Assembly (NCBI GenBank): GCA_032718475.1
Contig: JAUCBJ010008095.1
Location: 1-64,000 of the forward strand
Length of the DNA: 64,000 nt
Reading direction: 5' to 3'
DNA from: Nemertoderma westbladi
Lineage: Eukaryota; Animalia; Xenacoelomorpha
Shown here: positions 11,279-25,095 of the stretch, one piece after another
Position numbering within the stretch: position 1 is the stretch's first letter
How the letters are laid out: each line of letters starts with the position of its first letter
Notes under the pieces: model-generated
The model's input: only the letters and a program-made list of their open reading frames with translations
The model's database searches: none
What the model was told of the DNA's origin: nothing
Program-made: the position numbers and the translations under genes

Positions 11279-14200
11279 CTACATTGGGGAGTCCCTAGAT
11301 GTTTGTTGGATTAGGGAAGTGGTCGTGGGGAGAGTATCTTGCCTTCCATAGTTTTCGGATAGTTCTCTGTTTCGTTCCAGTAAACATAAACGACCGATTG
11401 GGCGATTGAGCTGCTGCGTTTCGAATACAATTCCAGGTTTCTTAAAGTTACGTCGCATGACGACGAGTTCTACCGATCGCACTAAACCATCATCGGATAT
11501 ATGAGTTTCGATGATACGACCTGTCTGCCACCGCTTACGTGGAAGATCTGATTCCACAATAAGGACCATGTCTCCGGCGCTGACGTTTTCTTTCTGCGCA
11601 AACCACTTGGTTCGAAGTTGTAGCATAGGCAGATAATGTTTTTCGAAATGGTCAGCGAAACGACGGGATAATAACTGCATAAGTTGCCAAGTTTGTCGGC
11701 AGTATTCGTCTCCGTCCGTGATTTCCGATCGTGGGAGCATGGCTACAGGTTTCTTCAGTAGGAAATGCGCGGGTGTTAGCGCTTCTAGGGAGTCGGGACT
11801 CGATGAGACTGGCATAAGCGGTCTCTCGTTAAGATAGGCGGTGATTTCCTCCATTAACGTCCGCAAAAGTTCGTCGGTGAGATACGCGCGGCAAGGCACT
11901 ATAAAGTAAAATGCGGTCTTCACGCTCCTTATTAATCTCTCCCAACTTCCTCCCCACCAAGGGGCGTCGGAGGCATTGAAGGTCCAGCTTGATGCGGTTA
12001 CCCTTAGCTGATCGTCCACCTGTCTTTGGTTCCAATCTTTAACGTAAGCTTTGATCTCATTATTGGCGCCAATGAAGTTCGTTCCCTTATCAGATCTCAT
12101 CGTGTTGCTCGTTCCAAAGCGAGCGATCTGTCGGCGTAAACTCAGTATGAAGCTGTTTATAGATGATCGTTCACCATATCGAGATAGATCGCTCTACAAG
12201 TCATACAGACAAAGATGACACACCATCGCTTGACTATAGTCCTAGCACGATATACTTCAATAGGGCCAAATAAATCCACACCGGTATTAGTAAAGGGTGG
12301 TTCATAGAAGCTTACTCGTTCCCTAGGTAATTCTGCCTCTCGCTGTGTTAAAGGCCTACTAAATGCTTTCCTACAGGGTATACAGTTCCTAAGAACTTGG
12401 TTCAGAGCTCTACGGGGTTTATGAAAATAATAGCGAGTTCGAATTTTTCGCTAAGAACTCGTTCTCTACCAGCATGGTAAAGCCTACTGTGAACATCTAC
12501 AATCATCTTGATTTGTATTTCAAGATTTCTAATGAGTATGGGAAATTTAGTGTCAAAGGATAATGGAGCATTAGTTAGTCTCCCTCCAACACGTATTAAC
12601 CCATCTATCATTGTGCTAGAGAAACGATCCCTTAAGCGCGTCTGTGGATTTCTCAAAAATAGGAAATACTTATCGGAATCTTCATAGCATTGCAGGAGTC
12701 TCAGTATCTGCTTATTGGTTTCTTCATGCTCTTGGTAACTGATCTTCTCCTTCAGAAACCTATCTGATACTTTGTATTTGGGAAGATCTTTAATAGCATG
12801 GACCTGCGCAGATGTCAGTGGAGCGGTATCACTAGCGATCTTCATCCTGGAGTAGTGATGATGGAAGCATCGCTTCAAATACACGACGGCCTTACAAAGC
12901 CGATTCCAGGAGCTATAGTGATTTATCACTCTCACGCAGGAGAGGTGAGAGTCCCTGCGAGATGTCTGGTGTTCCAGATTTCCAGTCTCTTTCTCTGATT
13001 TCCACAACAGATTTATTTGTGGCGGGGGAGTTTAGATCCACAGCATCGTCCCCTGAAATGTGTAGTACAGACAGATCTATCACGGGTTTAAATAACTTTG
13101 ATTTACTCGTACGGGTTTTAGGTTTGACTTTCTCCGCTCCCTTGGCTTGTCTAATCTCAGCCGTGGTGAGATGAGGAGGCCATTCTTCGTCTTCTTTACA
13201 GAAGGAAGTCGGGTCCACCTAACCAGTCCGGAGTATCTATCAGTTCTTGAGAAGTTGCTCCTCTGGAGGCGATGTCGGCTGGATTAATCGTCCCAGGGCA
13301 ATGTCTCCATTGATCTACATTAGTGCGACTAAGTATAATGGCTACTCTGTTGGTAACGAAGACGCTGAACTGACAAGCTCCATTGGTTATATACTCCAGA
13401 ACGAGTAAAGCATCGGTCCAATAGACAGTTTTCTCCAGTGGATAGTCGATCTGTTCTGTTACATTCCGGCCGATGGTTGTAGCGTATAGAGCCGCCTTTA
13501 ACTCCGCTCGAGGAACTCGTAGTTTGTTGTTTATCAAGGCCTTAGAGGTAACCAAGGCAACTTTAATTTCATCCGCAGTTTCAACCCTCAGGTAGGCTAC
13601 TATACCTATTCCCATATCGCTGGCGTCTCCAAACACATGGAGTTGATAGGAATACATGGGGAGAACGTGACCAAAATATGAACGGGAAATAATAAAGTTC
13701 TCGATGGAAGGTAGAGAATCTTCCCATTTCATCCACTTCTTTAGCAGTTCTCCCTTAAGTGGATCGTCCCACGAGTGGTTTTCAAGCCACATTTGTTGAA
13801 CTAAGCTCCGAGCAACTAATATAACTGGGCTAATAAATCCCAATGGATCGAAATAAGTGCTTAGGATACTTAGACAAATCCGTTTGGTTCGAACTGGATT
13901 ATCTCGCGGTTTTAGCTGGAAAAATAATATATCTCTCTCTGTGTCCCATTTCAAACCAAGCGTCTTGGTTTCCGGAAGATCGTCCTTGATGAGGTCCAGA
14001 TCTTTAACACCTCGGTCTTCTACCGGGATCGATTCCAGAAACTCACGGGAGTTACTAGTGAATTTGGTTAGTCGAAATCCACCGCGTTTCAAGCACTCTA
14101 CCGTTCCCTTGGCAACATCAATGGCTTCTTCCACAGATGGGAAGGACTTTAAATTGTCGTCCATGTATATATCCCGTTTGATGTTGTCGATAACCGCTTT

Positions 14201-17200
14201 AGAGAAGGCGTCTCGGTTGTCATCCGCAGTAGTACGCACTACTGAGCAAGCATTCGAGGGGCTCGAGATGATCCCGAAAGCCTGGATGGTCATCCAGTAC
14301 TCCATCGGTTTTTGGTTGAGGTCTCCTTCAGGCCACGACAGAAATCGTAGGCTGTCTCGATCCCTATCCAGCGCTTTGACTTGTAAGAACATGCCTTCTA
14401 TATCCGAAGCGAAAGCGATAGAATATTGCCGTAACCTTAATAGTATTCCCAACAAGGATTGGAGTAAGGTGGGTCCCGGCAACAACTCAGAGTTAAGGGA
14501 TTGGCCCATGTAAAGGGCGGAGCCATCGAATACTACCCGGACTTCGTTGGGTTTACCGGGTTTGGGAACGTAATGATTGGTAGATAATACGTTCTCTCAG
14601 TTACAGGTGTTTCTTCCGGTACTCGCTCCGCGTATCCCTTATCGATGAATTTCTTCAGCTGGGTCTTATACATCTCTTTAGCTGAAGTATTGGCCATAAG
14701 ACGCCGATGTAGATGCGCGATTCTCTTCTCCGCCAAGGGTCGATTATTTATAAAGTTGGGTTCTTGCCATTGGAACGTAAGACCAATCTCATATCTACCC
14801 TGATCTTTACGAAAACGGGTAGTCGTTTCCTGAATCTGCTTGGCTCTCTCCTCCTCGACAGATAGGGCCTTGTCATAGGAATTAGGCTCTACGGCTTCTT
14901 GAGTAAAAAATCGTACGGCGTGTTCATCGCGAATCTTATCGTGGTATCTATCTATCGCCTCATTTAATTCATCGTTGTAATCGAATTGTCTGCCATGATT
15001 GATGAGATGGCACAGGTTCACTTGGTTTCGCCAAGTTTCCTTTTCGGTGAGGAGGTTGATTGTATTTTCCTTGTCGAATAATTGGTCAATATTGTCATTA
15101 TCTGAGGAGTATGGTGTTCCCGCAGTTGTGGTCTCTCCCTCACTGATTTCTTCTTCCCATTCACTCACCTGATGTACTTTGTCGTGAGGTAGTCTTTCCA
15201 TGAGTGTTCTACGGGAAGGTCCAGTGAAGTACCAACCTACTCTTGTTCTTCCCGCATAGGTTTGCAATGGTTGCGGTCGAGCAGGCCGTTTTTCTAATGT
15301 CTCCAGCGCCTCATGCGCATTTTGGCCGATCAATATCTGTACCCCTGGGTAGTCGGTGTTGAATCTAGGGATATCATGCTGCTGGGTAAAATGATCTTCA
15401 TCCCAGTTATAAGGTTCCACTTTGCTGTTAGCAAAGTTCTTTATCGCCACCATTTTTACTGACCTTATGCTATGTTCTCCTAGTTCATCCTGGGGAGTGG
15501 ACAACGAGCCTACATAATAATCTGTAGCTACTGTGGATTTCCAAACCTGCATAATTCCTGAAAGGTTCAATTTAGTTTGGAACTTGGGTTGTCCAGCAAA
15601 GATGTCCTCGGCTAGTTCTTTATCGATGAATGTTCCTGTGCTGCCGGAGTCCAGAAGGGCGTTTACTATAAAACTCTTACCTGGCCTGTGGACTCTCAGT
15701 TGAACTACTGGGAATTCACGAATTCCGACGTTGGAAGTTGGCACTTTCCAAGATGGTTGTCTGTCCGGAATAGTCGGTTGCGCTTCATTATCGGTGTCAG
15801 TCTCATACGTAATCGCTCGATACACTGCGGTGTTTATCATATAACAGGACTCGTTTTCGTCGGAGAATTCGTCCGTGTAGAATCCTTCCATCTCAGAGCT
15901 GTGGTCAGTGTCGTTCACATCACTGAATTGGACATGTAGTTCGGACTCACTTACCTGACTCGTGTTGGTTCTTTGAAATTCTGTGTGCAGCAAGATATGA
16001 TGTTTTGCGCCGCACTTAGCGCACCTCGCGTCTGAGAAACAGGTTTGCCATTGGTGTCCTTGTCTGAGACAATTATAACACAACCGCTTATCCCACATGA
16101 CATCACGTCTATCCTTTAAGGATTTCTTCAAGAATTCATCGCACCCACTCAGGCGATGGGGCCCGTCGCACAAAGCACATTTGGGTGTGATGTTACTCAC
16201 CTTAACCTGTGTGGTGTTGTGCACACTTGGTCTTTCTTCGGGCTTTCTTCCATGAATTCTTTTAGGAGACGTGGGAGGAGTTTTTGTTACCTGTTCTCTC
16301 CTGTAACTGGTTCGAGACTTAGATTTACTTACGTCTTTCTGTGTTTTGTTGACGTAATAAGATCTTTCGGTGTCTTTCCCGCTGTTCTCCTCCTGGGAGG
16401 CTTGGCTTTCGCCGTCTTCTGTATAACACACTGGTGTTACCTTTCTCCTAGAAACAGGTTTTTCACTCAACTTATTTTCCGGTGTCTTCTCTCGGGACTG
16501 CTTTAGGAGCTGTAATCTTACCTCTCCATTTAAGAATGACATGAGATCAGCCATGGTAGGGTCTCTTTGTTGCTGGTCCATCATATAGAGAACTCTTTTG
16601 TCCCAACGCGTACCTACTCCACCCTTCGGCAAAGTAGATGCCATGGCTCCAACAACCATAGAACTCTCATATTCATGAGACTTACCTAGCCAATCTAACT
16701 GTCTACAGATCTCCTGGATCTCATCGGAAAATTATATAATCCCGCTGCTAAGAAACTTTCGGGGCGCTACTAATTTCGCATACAAATACCTAGCTATGTT
16801 AGTCCTATTACCATACCTGATATTTAGTGTATCCCAAACTTGTCTTAATCCATCTGGATGTCCAATAAACTTCAACGCCATTAACTTGGGAGGTCCTTCC
16901 AAGCACTCAATGAGGAATCTAAGTTGCTCTCCGTTGGATAGTACAGAGTTCTGTATGTTATCTTTGTAATATTCATTAAAAGGTAACCATTTCATCTCAT
17001 CTCCATTGAACTTGACGATCTCTCCCACCTTTACCGCTTGACGGGCTTCGGTTCTAGCCATTTGACACGTAAAACTTTATTGGGCCATCGTATTATTTAA
17101 TATCGAGATATCGGTATATAAATTTCTCGGATTATGGCCAGGTCTATATGGAATATCATTATCAACAGGCTTATAATTACCCTTAATAGGGTTTGCTATA

Positions 17201-19456
17201 GGAGTTTCTACTTCACTAGCAGTATAGATGCGTGTAGGCTCCACACCTTGCGCATGAAATATTTCAGACCTAACAGGTTGACACATCGTTACAGGGGGTG
17301 GTGGTATACCCCTTTGTATATTCACCAATTTATCGCGTTCTAACGCGATACTCTGCTGCACTTCTTGCAACTCTAACCTACCCTCTCTTACTGTTCCCTT
17401 TAACTGCTGAACAGTCCCCTCCAACTCTCGGACCTGTTGGGAGGAACGGGCATGCTTTTCCCCCATCTGCCTGAGCAGGAGATCCATCCCCCGCCGTCGC
17501 TCCTCCACCCACTTTACCGCCGAAGCGGGAGCCGCCAACATAGTAGCGGGTAGACGAGGGACGACAAATCTTTGATGTCTCGCTCGGCGTCCAGGACCGG
17601 GATTGACTCAGGGGCTGTTGTAGTTTAGGTAGTTTAGGTACAGGTAGTTTAGTACTGTGCAAAGGGAATATAGAGTTAGGTTCTGGAAGTACAGGGGTCT
17701 CTATCACAGAGGGGGTGGCTTCGAGAACAACAGGCGTAATTATTTCAGGCACATCTACTATAGTAGGGAGTCTTTCTACTCTAATAATTTGGTCTGTGGG
17801 TTCTGTATTACCCAAGTCTACACTAGCTAGTTGCCTTCTCACAGCTGGGAGCAAATTAGGCAATTTCTGACGGCGTGGCGTTCTTCTACGTCCGCTGGAA
17901 CAAGATCTATTTCTTCCGCCTTCAGGATCGATGGTATCGCCTTCATCAGAAGAGGTAGGTCCCTGTCTCCTGAGAAGCTGTTCTCTGTTTATTTAAGTAA
18001 TCTTGCTTCTCTTGAAGATTTTCCAACACTAGTTGGGCTGTCTCTTCAGATGCCTTCTGTTCTGCTTCTACCACTGCCTCTGCCGCTTTTCTTTCCGCTT
18101 CTGCCGCTGCCGCTTTTCTTTCAATTTCCGCTGCTGCCGCTTTTCTTTCTGCTTCTGCCGCTTTTCTTTCAATTTCCGCTGCTGCCGCTTTTCTTTCTGC
18201 TTCTGCCGCTTTTCTTTCAATTTCCGCTGCTGCTTTTCTTTCCGCTTCTGCCGCTGCCGCTTTTCTTTCAATTTCCGCTGCTGCCGCTGCCGCTACCTTT
18301 CTGTCTTCTATTCGTTTTTTCTTTAATTGTTCTTCCTGTTCCCTAGCGATGAGGATGCTTTCATCATATTTAGCCTGCTCAGCGGCTAACATTTCCGCAT
18401 CTAATGAGTACAACACAAATTTGGCTCCCTCACTATTAGGGTGAAGTCCAGCTAGCCTTCTCCTTAGCTCTTTGTCACCTATGAATCGTTGATAGTCCGA
18501 CAGATAGATGTCAATAGCGTCTTTCTTCTGAGGTTTTTCGGATGTAACTTCGCTTTCCACCTGAGAAAAGGCAGCATCTGTTGATTCTCCGTGGGTAGCG
18601 CGCTCAGTTAGCTGCATTTTCCATTGTGTCGTTCCTTGGACTTTAAAACTCGCCCGTTGGAACCAAGTCTTTACGGCAACTTGCAACGACGTATCTTGGC
18701 TTCTCTTTGAGGCTTCCTCAAAGGCGGAAAGGATTAGTCTGATCCGTAAGATTCGTTCTCGAACTTGATAAAGCAGCTCTCCCTGCTCTTGAGGTCCTTG
18801 AGGTTGTTGAAACAGGTGTTCCTCTAATCGCTCCAAAGAGCTGAAGAATCCCTGGACATATCCTGCTGCCGACCTCTTCCACACAGTTGGATCTCGGGTG
18901 TCCCTTATTACTCCCATCCTGTATAAGTCCTCCCAGGCTGCTTCTGATAAGTTAAACGGGAGTCCAGGTCCGGGGAAGTTCCATTGCGTCTTGACAATAG
19001 ACTTCAGTTCCTCCATTGTGTATCCCGCATAACTGTCCTTGGTCGATCGCTTACTTCTCGCCCAATCGATTTGATGTTCTTCCACCACAATCAATACTCT
19101 AGTGAGTACAGCTCCAGGAAGAATTAGAAGTGGATCTGCATAAACCGCTTCTGCCATCCTTGCTCCGATTTCGAGTGTCAACTCCATAGTGTCTGAACTA
19201 CTGGAGTTATCAGGCCGCTGAGAAATAAGTTCCCGGTTTGTGCGCTGCTGCTGTTTAACAGCTGCCTCTTGGTCCCGTTTGACTTTAGCCCTAGTGCCTA
19301 TGAGGGATCTATGGTGCTTCACCAGCCTAGGGTCTGATAATACTACTGTAGGGATAACCTTTCTTACAGTAGGAGGGGACTTGGACTTCGGTCTCGGATT
19401 TTACATACTGTTCTTTCTAGGAGACTATCTGACAGTGTTTGTTTTGTGTCAGCCAT
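11279..19456 (-). pseudogene. BEL-B gag-pol (Gag, protease, RT, RNase H, integrase) with multiple frameshifts/stops
   Basis: Knuckles, ALLDSGS protease, YMDD RT, FGDAS...PRAELKAA...WTDA RNase H, SDKGTNF...WERLIR integrase across ORFs 17946-19322, 14533-16659, 13196-14509, 12402-13007, 11279-12100. Confidence 0.93.
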
Positions 19457-20995
19457 GATTTATATTGCAGTTGAATGCCTACCACCATAACGACAGTTAA
19501 AGTAAGTCTAGTAATTCAGTATCAACTGTAAGCCTAGTAATTAATTACCGATACCGTTACTCAGTGTAACGTGATATATATAATATATTAAAATACCGGT
19601 ATACACTTATAGTATATATAAGTATTATTACAGACTAGGTTTAGTCACAGAATACCGGTATATAATTTCAGCCTAAATTTATATAAATATATATAATAAG
19701 CCTGCCTTAAATACCGGTAATGTCAATAATTTTATAATAACTGAATTTCTGAATTTTAGGGTGACTTCCCTTTACTTGTTACTGTTATTAAGCAGTAGTC
19801 CAACTGATATTAAGACCTAATTGATGTATAACAGGCCTACTATTTTATAAATCGGTTTGAGTTGATTTATAAGATATATATACCCGTACAATGGGTTTTG
19901 ACAATGTTTGAAATAAATGTTATTATTTCTGAGTAAGGAGTCACTACACAGAAGCTGAATACTCTCAGTGGAGTGCTACTTGTTGGACACTAATACGAAT
20001 TATTCTACTTTACTAAGTTACTTATCACTACAAATTACTTACAATTACTGTGGGAGATTACAATCTCTAAACAAACAATAACAAGTTACACGTACAAATT
20101 TTAGGGTAATTTCACAAGAAATCTACAAACCAGAATAACAAGGAGTTAGAATTTCTGATTATTACAAACGGACAGGATACTACGGTATTTGAAAATAATA
20201 AAGCAGTAGTAAGTAAATTGCGTTGTCCAGATAAGAAAATACCACCGTCTGACGACTTATAGCCGTAGCGCTATAAGTACTACGTTATGTACCCGGAGTG
20301 TCCTTACCTAGAAGTTAATTACCGCAGCCAACCAGAGCTAATGTGCCTATTAACCACTTTACAACACAAATATACTGCCTACACACAAAATTACTTTTGG
20401 AAAGCACTGTACTCTAAACCCTAAATTAGGTACAAGTACTTATACAACAAATAACCAGCAGTTAAATATACTTGTACAGCCAAAAGAACCACGGTATCTG
20501 ATGGAGTGACCGGAGCACAAAATCACCAGTCTTTACCTAAGCCTAGCAGCCCTGATGTAGTACCGGGGTTAATTTAACTACAACGCTATGTATAACAAGC
20601 ACAATTACTGTAGGAATGAACTTGGGGAGTTTGTAGGTTGCAAATACTCGCATAAACTCTGAATAATAAATATTACGCTACCCGTGCAGATTATACAAAC
20701 AAAATACAGACCAAATGCTGGCAGACTACTGTCAAGCCTAAATAAACTACAGTATATGCAGACTCCGAAATGGTTAGTTAGTAGGCGTTCTAACCGAGTA
20801 GTACGATTCGAGTAGTACGTACGAGTAGGACGCAGTCCCTGATTAAATATCAATACCTACCGGTATACAATTATCAAAAATCGAATAATACTGTTGTACC
20901 TGTAAGTACCGGTTCGGGTAGTTAGGCAGTTAAGCCTACAGCTTACCGTTCGACCGGCACCTTCGACTTTATTGCCTACTGTGCAATAAAGAACA

Positions 20996-21006
20996 AAATC
21001 TATTAT
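20996..21006 (-). promoter_or_regulatory. Non-tRNA primer-binding position of BEL-B (ATAATAGATTT)
   Basis: Directly follows the 5' LTR end; no TGG; complementary to LTR 21746-21756. Confidence 0.65.
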
Positions 21007-21782
21007 TGTTTGAGCTTTCAGACCTTTAGCAGTTTAACCTGCCAAATTTAGGTGTCCTCTTGTTTATAAATCGACTTTAGCCTATAACAATTATTTTTAG
21101 TGCACATGAAGTTACATTAGCCGAAGCCAGTCTATGCGCGATCATTCACCCACTGTTAAGGGAGACTGGATTCGGGTGCTTTGAAAGTTATTGCGTTGCA
21201 GACCTACTGTATTATTCGATTGATCATTACTATATAATCTCTGACAATATATTTACTTTTGGGGAAATATTAACAGTTCCTTTAGGACGTGGCGCTTTAA
21301 GTATATAAAACAGAGTTATGACTTATACTAAACACAACGAGATGGCCACTGAGTTTCGTAAATAGGCATTCTTTAGGAGATGCTTTATTATCTGTCACAC
21401 TACTTCACACGACTTCACACTGATCTGCCGACCATCACTGAATTTGATCATATATAAGGAGGATAGCAACTGACACATGTAGGGATTATGAAATAGCATT
21501 TAATTCACATAAAAACCACTATAATGTAAGTCGCAATTGCTACAGGTAACCGGTCCCTCTTACCTTCAGTAATCAAGAAGATTGGGGGTTTTATGATTAT
21601 TTATCGTTATTCTCCAAATATAACAACATATCCATCCATATACAACAATTAATAACAGACAGTAAACAAAAGTAAAATAATGCGGTGAACAGTCAGTATG
21701 TGTTGCTTATGCAGTGTTGTGCAGTACTTCAGTGCTCCAGGTTTGATAATAGATTTACGTTCTTGTAATCAAAGCCATCTAA
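21007..21782 (-). repeat. BEL-B 5' LTR (upstream part missing)
   Basis: Matches 3843-4622; similarity stops at CAAAGCCATCTAA where the minisatellite starts. Confidence 0.88.
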
Positions 21783-23815
21783 CCTAGTAAAACAAACTAC
21801 CTAGTAAAACAAACAAATTGCGGCACTCTACCAGTACTACCTAGTAAAACAAACAAAGTGCGGCACTCTACCGGTACTACCTAGTGAAACTCAAAGTTCG
21901 GCACTCTACCAGTACTACCTAGTAAAACAAACAAAGTGCGGGACTCTACCGGTACTACCTAGTGAAACTCAAAGTTCGGCACTCTACTGGTACTACCTAG
22001 TAAAACAAACAAAGTGCGGCACTCTACCAGTACTACCTAGTGAAACTCAAAGTCCGGCACTCTACCAGTACTACCTAGTAAAACAAACAAAGTGCGGCAC
22101 TCCACCGCTACTACCTAGTAAAACAAACAAATTGCGGCACTCTACCAGTACTACCTAGTAAAACTCAAAGTCCGGCACTCTACCAGTACTACCTAGTAAA
22201 ACTCAAAGGTCGGCACTCTACCAGTACTACCTAGTAAAACTCAAAGTCCGGCACTCTACCGGTACTACCTAGTAAAACAAACAAAGTGCGGCACTCTACC
22301 AGTACTACCTAGTGAAACTCAAAGTCCGGCACTCTACCAGTACTACCTAGTAAAACAAACAAAGTGCGGCACTCTACCGGTACTACCTAGTGAAACTCAA
22401 AGTTCGGCACTCTACCAGTACTACCTAGTAAAACAAACAAAGTGCGGCACTCTACCAGTACTACCTAGTGAAACTCAAAGTCCGGCACTCTACCAGTACT
22501 ACCTAGTAAAACAAACAAAGTGCGGCACTCTACCGGTACTACCTAGTAAAACAAACAAAGTGCGGCACTCTACCAGTACTACCTAGTAAAACAAACAAAG
22601 TTCGGCACTCTACCGGTACTACCTAGTAAAACAAACAAAGTGCGGCACTCTACCGGTACTACCTAGTGAAACTCAAAGTTCGGCACTCTACCAGTACTAC
22701 CTAGTAAAACAAACAAAGTGCGGCACTCTACCGGTACTACCTAGTGAAACTCAAAGTTCGGCACTCTACTGGTACTACCTAGTAAAACAAACAAAGTGCG
22801 GAACTCTACCGGTACTACCTAGTGAAACTCAAAGTCCGGCACTCTACCAGTACTACCTAGTAAAACAAACAAAGTGCGGCACTCTACCGGTACTACCTAG
22901 TGAAACTCAAAGTTCGGCACTCTATCAGTACTACCTAGTAAAACAAACAAAGTGCGGCACTCTACCGGTACTACCTAGTAAAACTCAAAGTTCGGCACTC
23001 TACCGGTACTACCTAGTAAAACAAACAAAGTGCGGCACTCTACCGGTACTACCTAGTGAAACTCAAAGTTCGGCACTCTACCGGTAATACCTAGTAAAAC
23101 AAACAAAGTGCGGCACTCTACCAGTACTACCTAGTAAAACAAACAAAGTGCAGCACTCTACCGGTACTACCTAGTGAAACTCAAAGTTCGGCAATCTACT
23201 GGTACTACCTAGTAAAACAAACAAAGTGCGGAACTCTACCGGTACTACCTAGTGAAACTCAAAGTCCGGCACTCTACCAGTACTACCTAGTAAAACAAAC
23301 AAAGTGCGGCACTCTACCGGTACTACCTAGTGAAACTCAAAGTTCGGCACTCTATCAGTACTACCTAGTAAAACAAACAAAGTGCGGCACTCTACCGGTA
23401 CTACCTAGTAAAACTCAAAGTTCGGCACTCTACCGGTACTACCTAGTAAAACAAACAAAGTGCGGCACTCTACCGGTACTACCTAGTGAAACTCAAAGTT
23501 CGGCACTCTACCGGTAATACCTAGTAAAACAAACAAAGTGCGGCACTCTACCAGTACTACCTAGTAAAACAAACAAAGTGCGGCACTCTACCGGTACTAC
23601 CTAGTGAAACTCAAAGTTCGGCACTCTACTGGTACTACCTAGTAAAACAAACAAAGTGCGGCACTCTACCGGTACTACCTAGTGAAACTCAAAGTTCGGC
23701 ACTCTACCGGTAATACCTAGTAAAACAAACAAAGTGCGGCACTCTACCGGTACTACCTAGTGAAACAAACAAAGTTCGGCACTCTACCAGTACTACCTAG
23801 TAATACAAACAAAGT
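21783..23815. repeat. 38/40-bp minisatellite, roughly 50 units
   Basis: Units TACTACCTAGTAAAACAAACAAAGTGCGGCACTCTACCRG (40) and TACTACCTAGTGAAACTCAAAGTYCGGCACTCTACCRG (38). Confidence 0.97.
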
Positions 23816-25095
23816 CCTATATCCGCAATATCCTACTGTAAAGTTTGTGAATCAAGGCATAATCCAACCTTCTCACCAAAACAGTAAACTCTAAGTAAGC
23901 AAATCTATTGCAGTATTGGTCTCTTATAACCGGTGAGGCAGAAGACAGTCTACTTCGATAAAACAAAATCCCGCGCAGCGAATCCTAATAATCGTGCTGA
24001 CTCACTGACGGACTAAAGGCGCTCGTATACTTTGCCGCAGTGTGATTTATATGGGGTGGGTGAGAGAGAGATGCTAGCTAAATATCTAACTAGCGAGGAC
24101 AAACCGCGGTATGGACAAAATTATTTTATATATTTCGAGGTGTAAATAATTCCTAACGCGTGTGTGTTTTGATTCTGGGTCAAATTGATTTTGTAATCCT
24201 TCATATAATATCATTTACTGGGTCCGGTGTACATTTTACAAATATTCTAATTTTGTAGTTTGTAGGTCTAATACTTACGAATGATAAGGCTCCTTCCCCT
24301 TTTGTGTATTTCCAGGACTCAAATTCAGGCATAAGGTTAATACTACACCCAGAATTCGGCAATTTTAATTTACCAGGTCCCTAATACTAAGAAGAAATGT
24401 GTTAGTTTACTACAGTAAGCGTACAGTTGCAAATAGCTAGCCTGGTTCTTATCTAGAATTTTGGTTACCTAGGTGGGCTTGGTAACTTCTTATCAGGATG
24501 TCGGCAGGGACACGGTAGGTGTTAGTATCCCTAATAGCCTTAATTTATGTGCGCCTAGCAATAAACTGCCCGACGGTATAACCTTAATTCAGGCAAAACA
24601 CAGTAACCCTCTCCTGGCCTACAAACTCCAACGCAAACGATGAACACTGTTGTACTACTGATAAACCACCAGCGCACCTATACCTGGCAAATGAGTTAGG
24701 CGTACAGTTTTGCTGTACCCTACCAATGTACATGCCTTGGAATAGTGTACCTGTGTCTTATCTGAGTACTGGTATCTCTCTCTGCCTATCTCTCCTCTCC
24801 TCTCCCATAGGAATATGAAGGGTTTCCGCGGGTTTTTCCTGAATCAAAACAATACAGTTCCTAAATTTAAAATTTTGGCGCACAGCGTGTCACTACTTCT
24901 ACCTTCGATCTCAGGTCTTATACTTAGGTAGCAAGGCATCGAACGCTGTCTAAACTTTCAGGCGATGGGCGAAGAACTATGAATCGGTATTGTGGGTGGT
25001 CTCCTGTCTACATTTCGCCGATGTTCCCGCTTATTGCTGCGGCCCGCTGTCTAGCCTGCCATCTGTCTCTTAGTTGGGTTCACAGTGGTGAAACA

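Larger units (their letters stand above)
3843..21782 (-). mobile_element. BEL-B: degenerate BEL/Pao LTR retrotransposon with accessory ORF; 5' LTR truncated
   Basis: LTRs at 3843-4995 and 21007-21782, gag-pol at 19456-11279, accessory ORF at 9084-5074. Collinear with BEL-D. Contains RTE and Helentron-like insertions. Confidence 0.92.

Noticed and set aside
13857-14513. Conserved antisense ORF (also 44586-45218)
   Set aside because: Opposite strand of the RT region in closely related copies; conservation is explained by pol.
17831-18346. Hydrophobic Leu/Phe/Pro-rich or Cys-rich ORFs (also 18033-18326, 40777-41310, 40820-41053)
   Set aside because: Antisense shadows of the Gag coding repeat.
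21783-23815. CRISPR-like array
   Set aside because: Units are contiguous with no unique spacers, no cas genes, eukaryotic context; it is a minisatellite. The same applies to 171-550 and 61495-62580.
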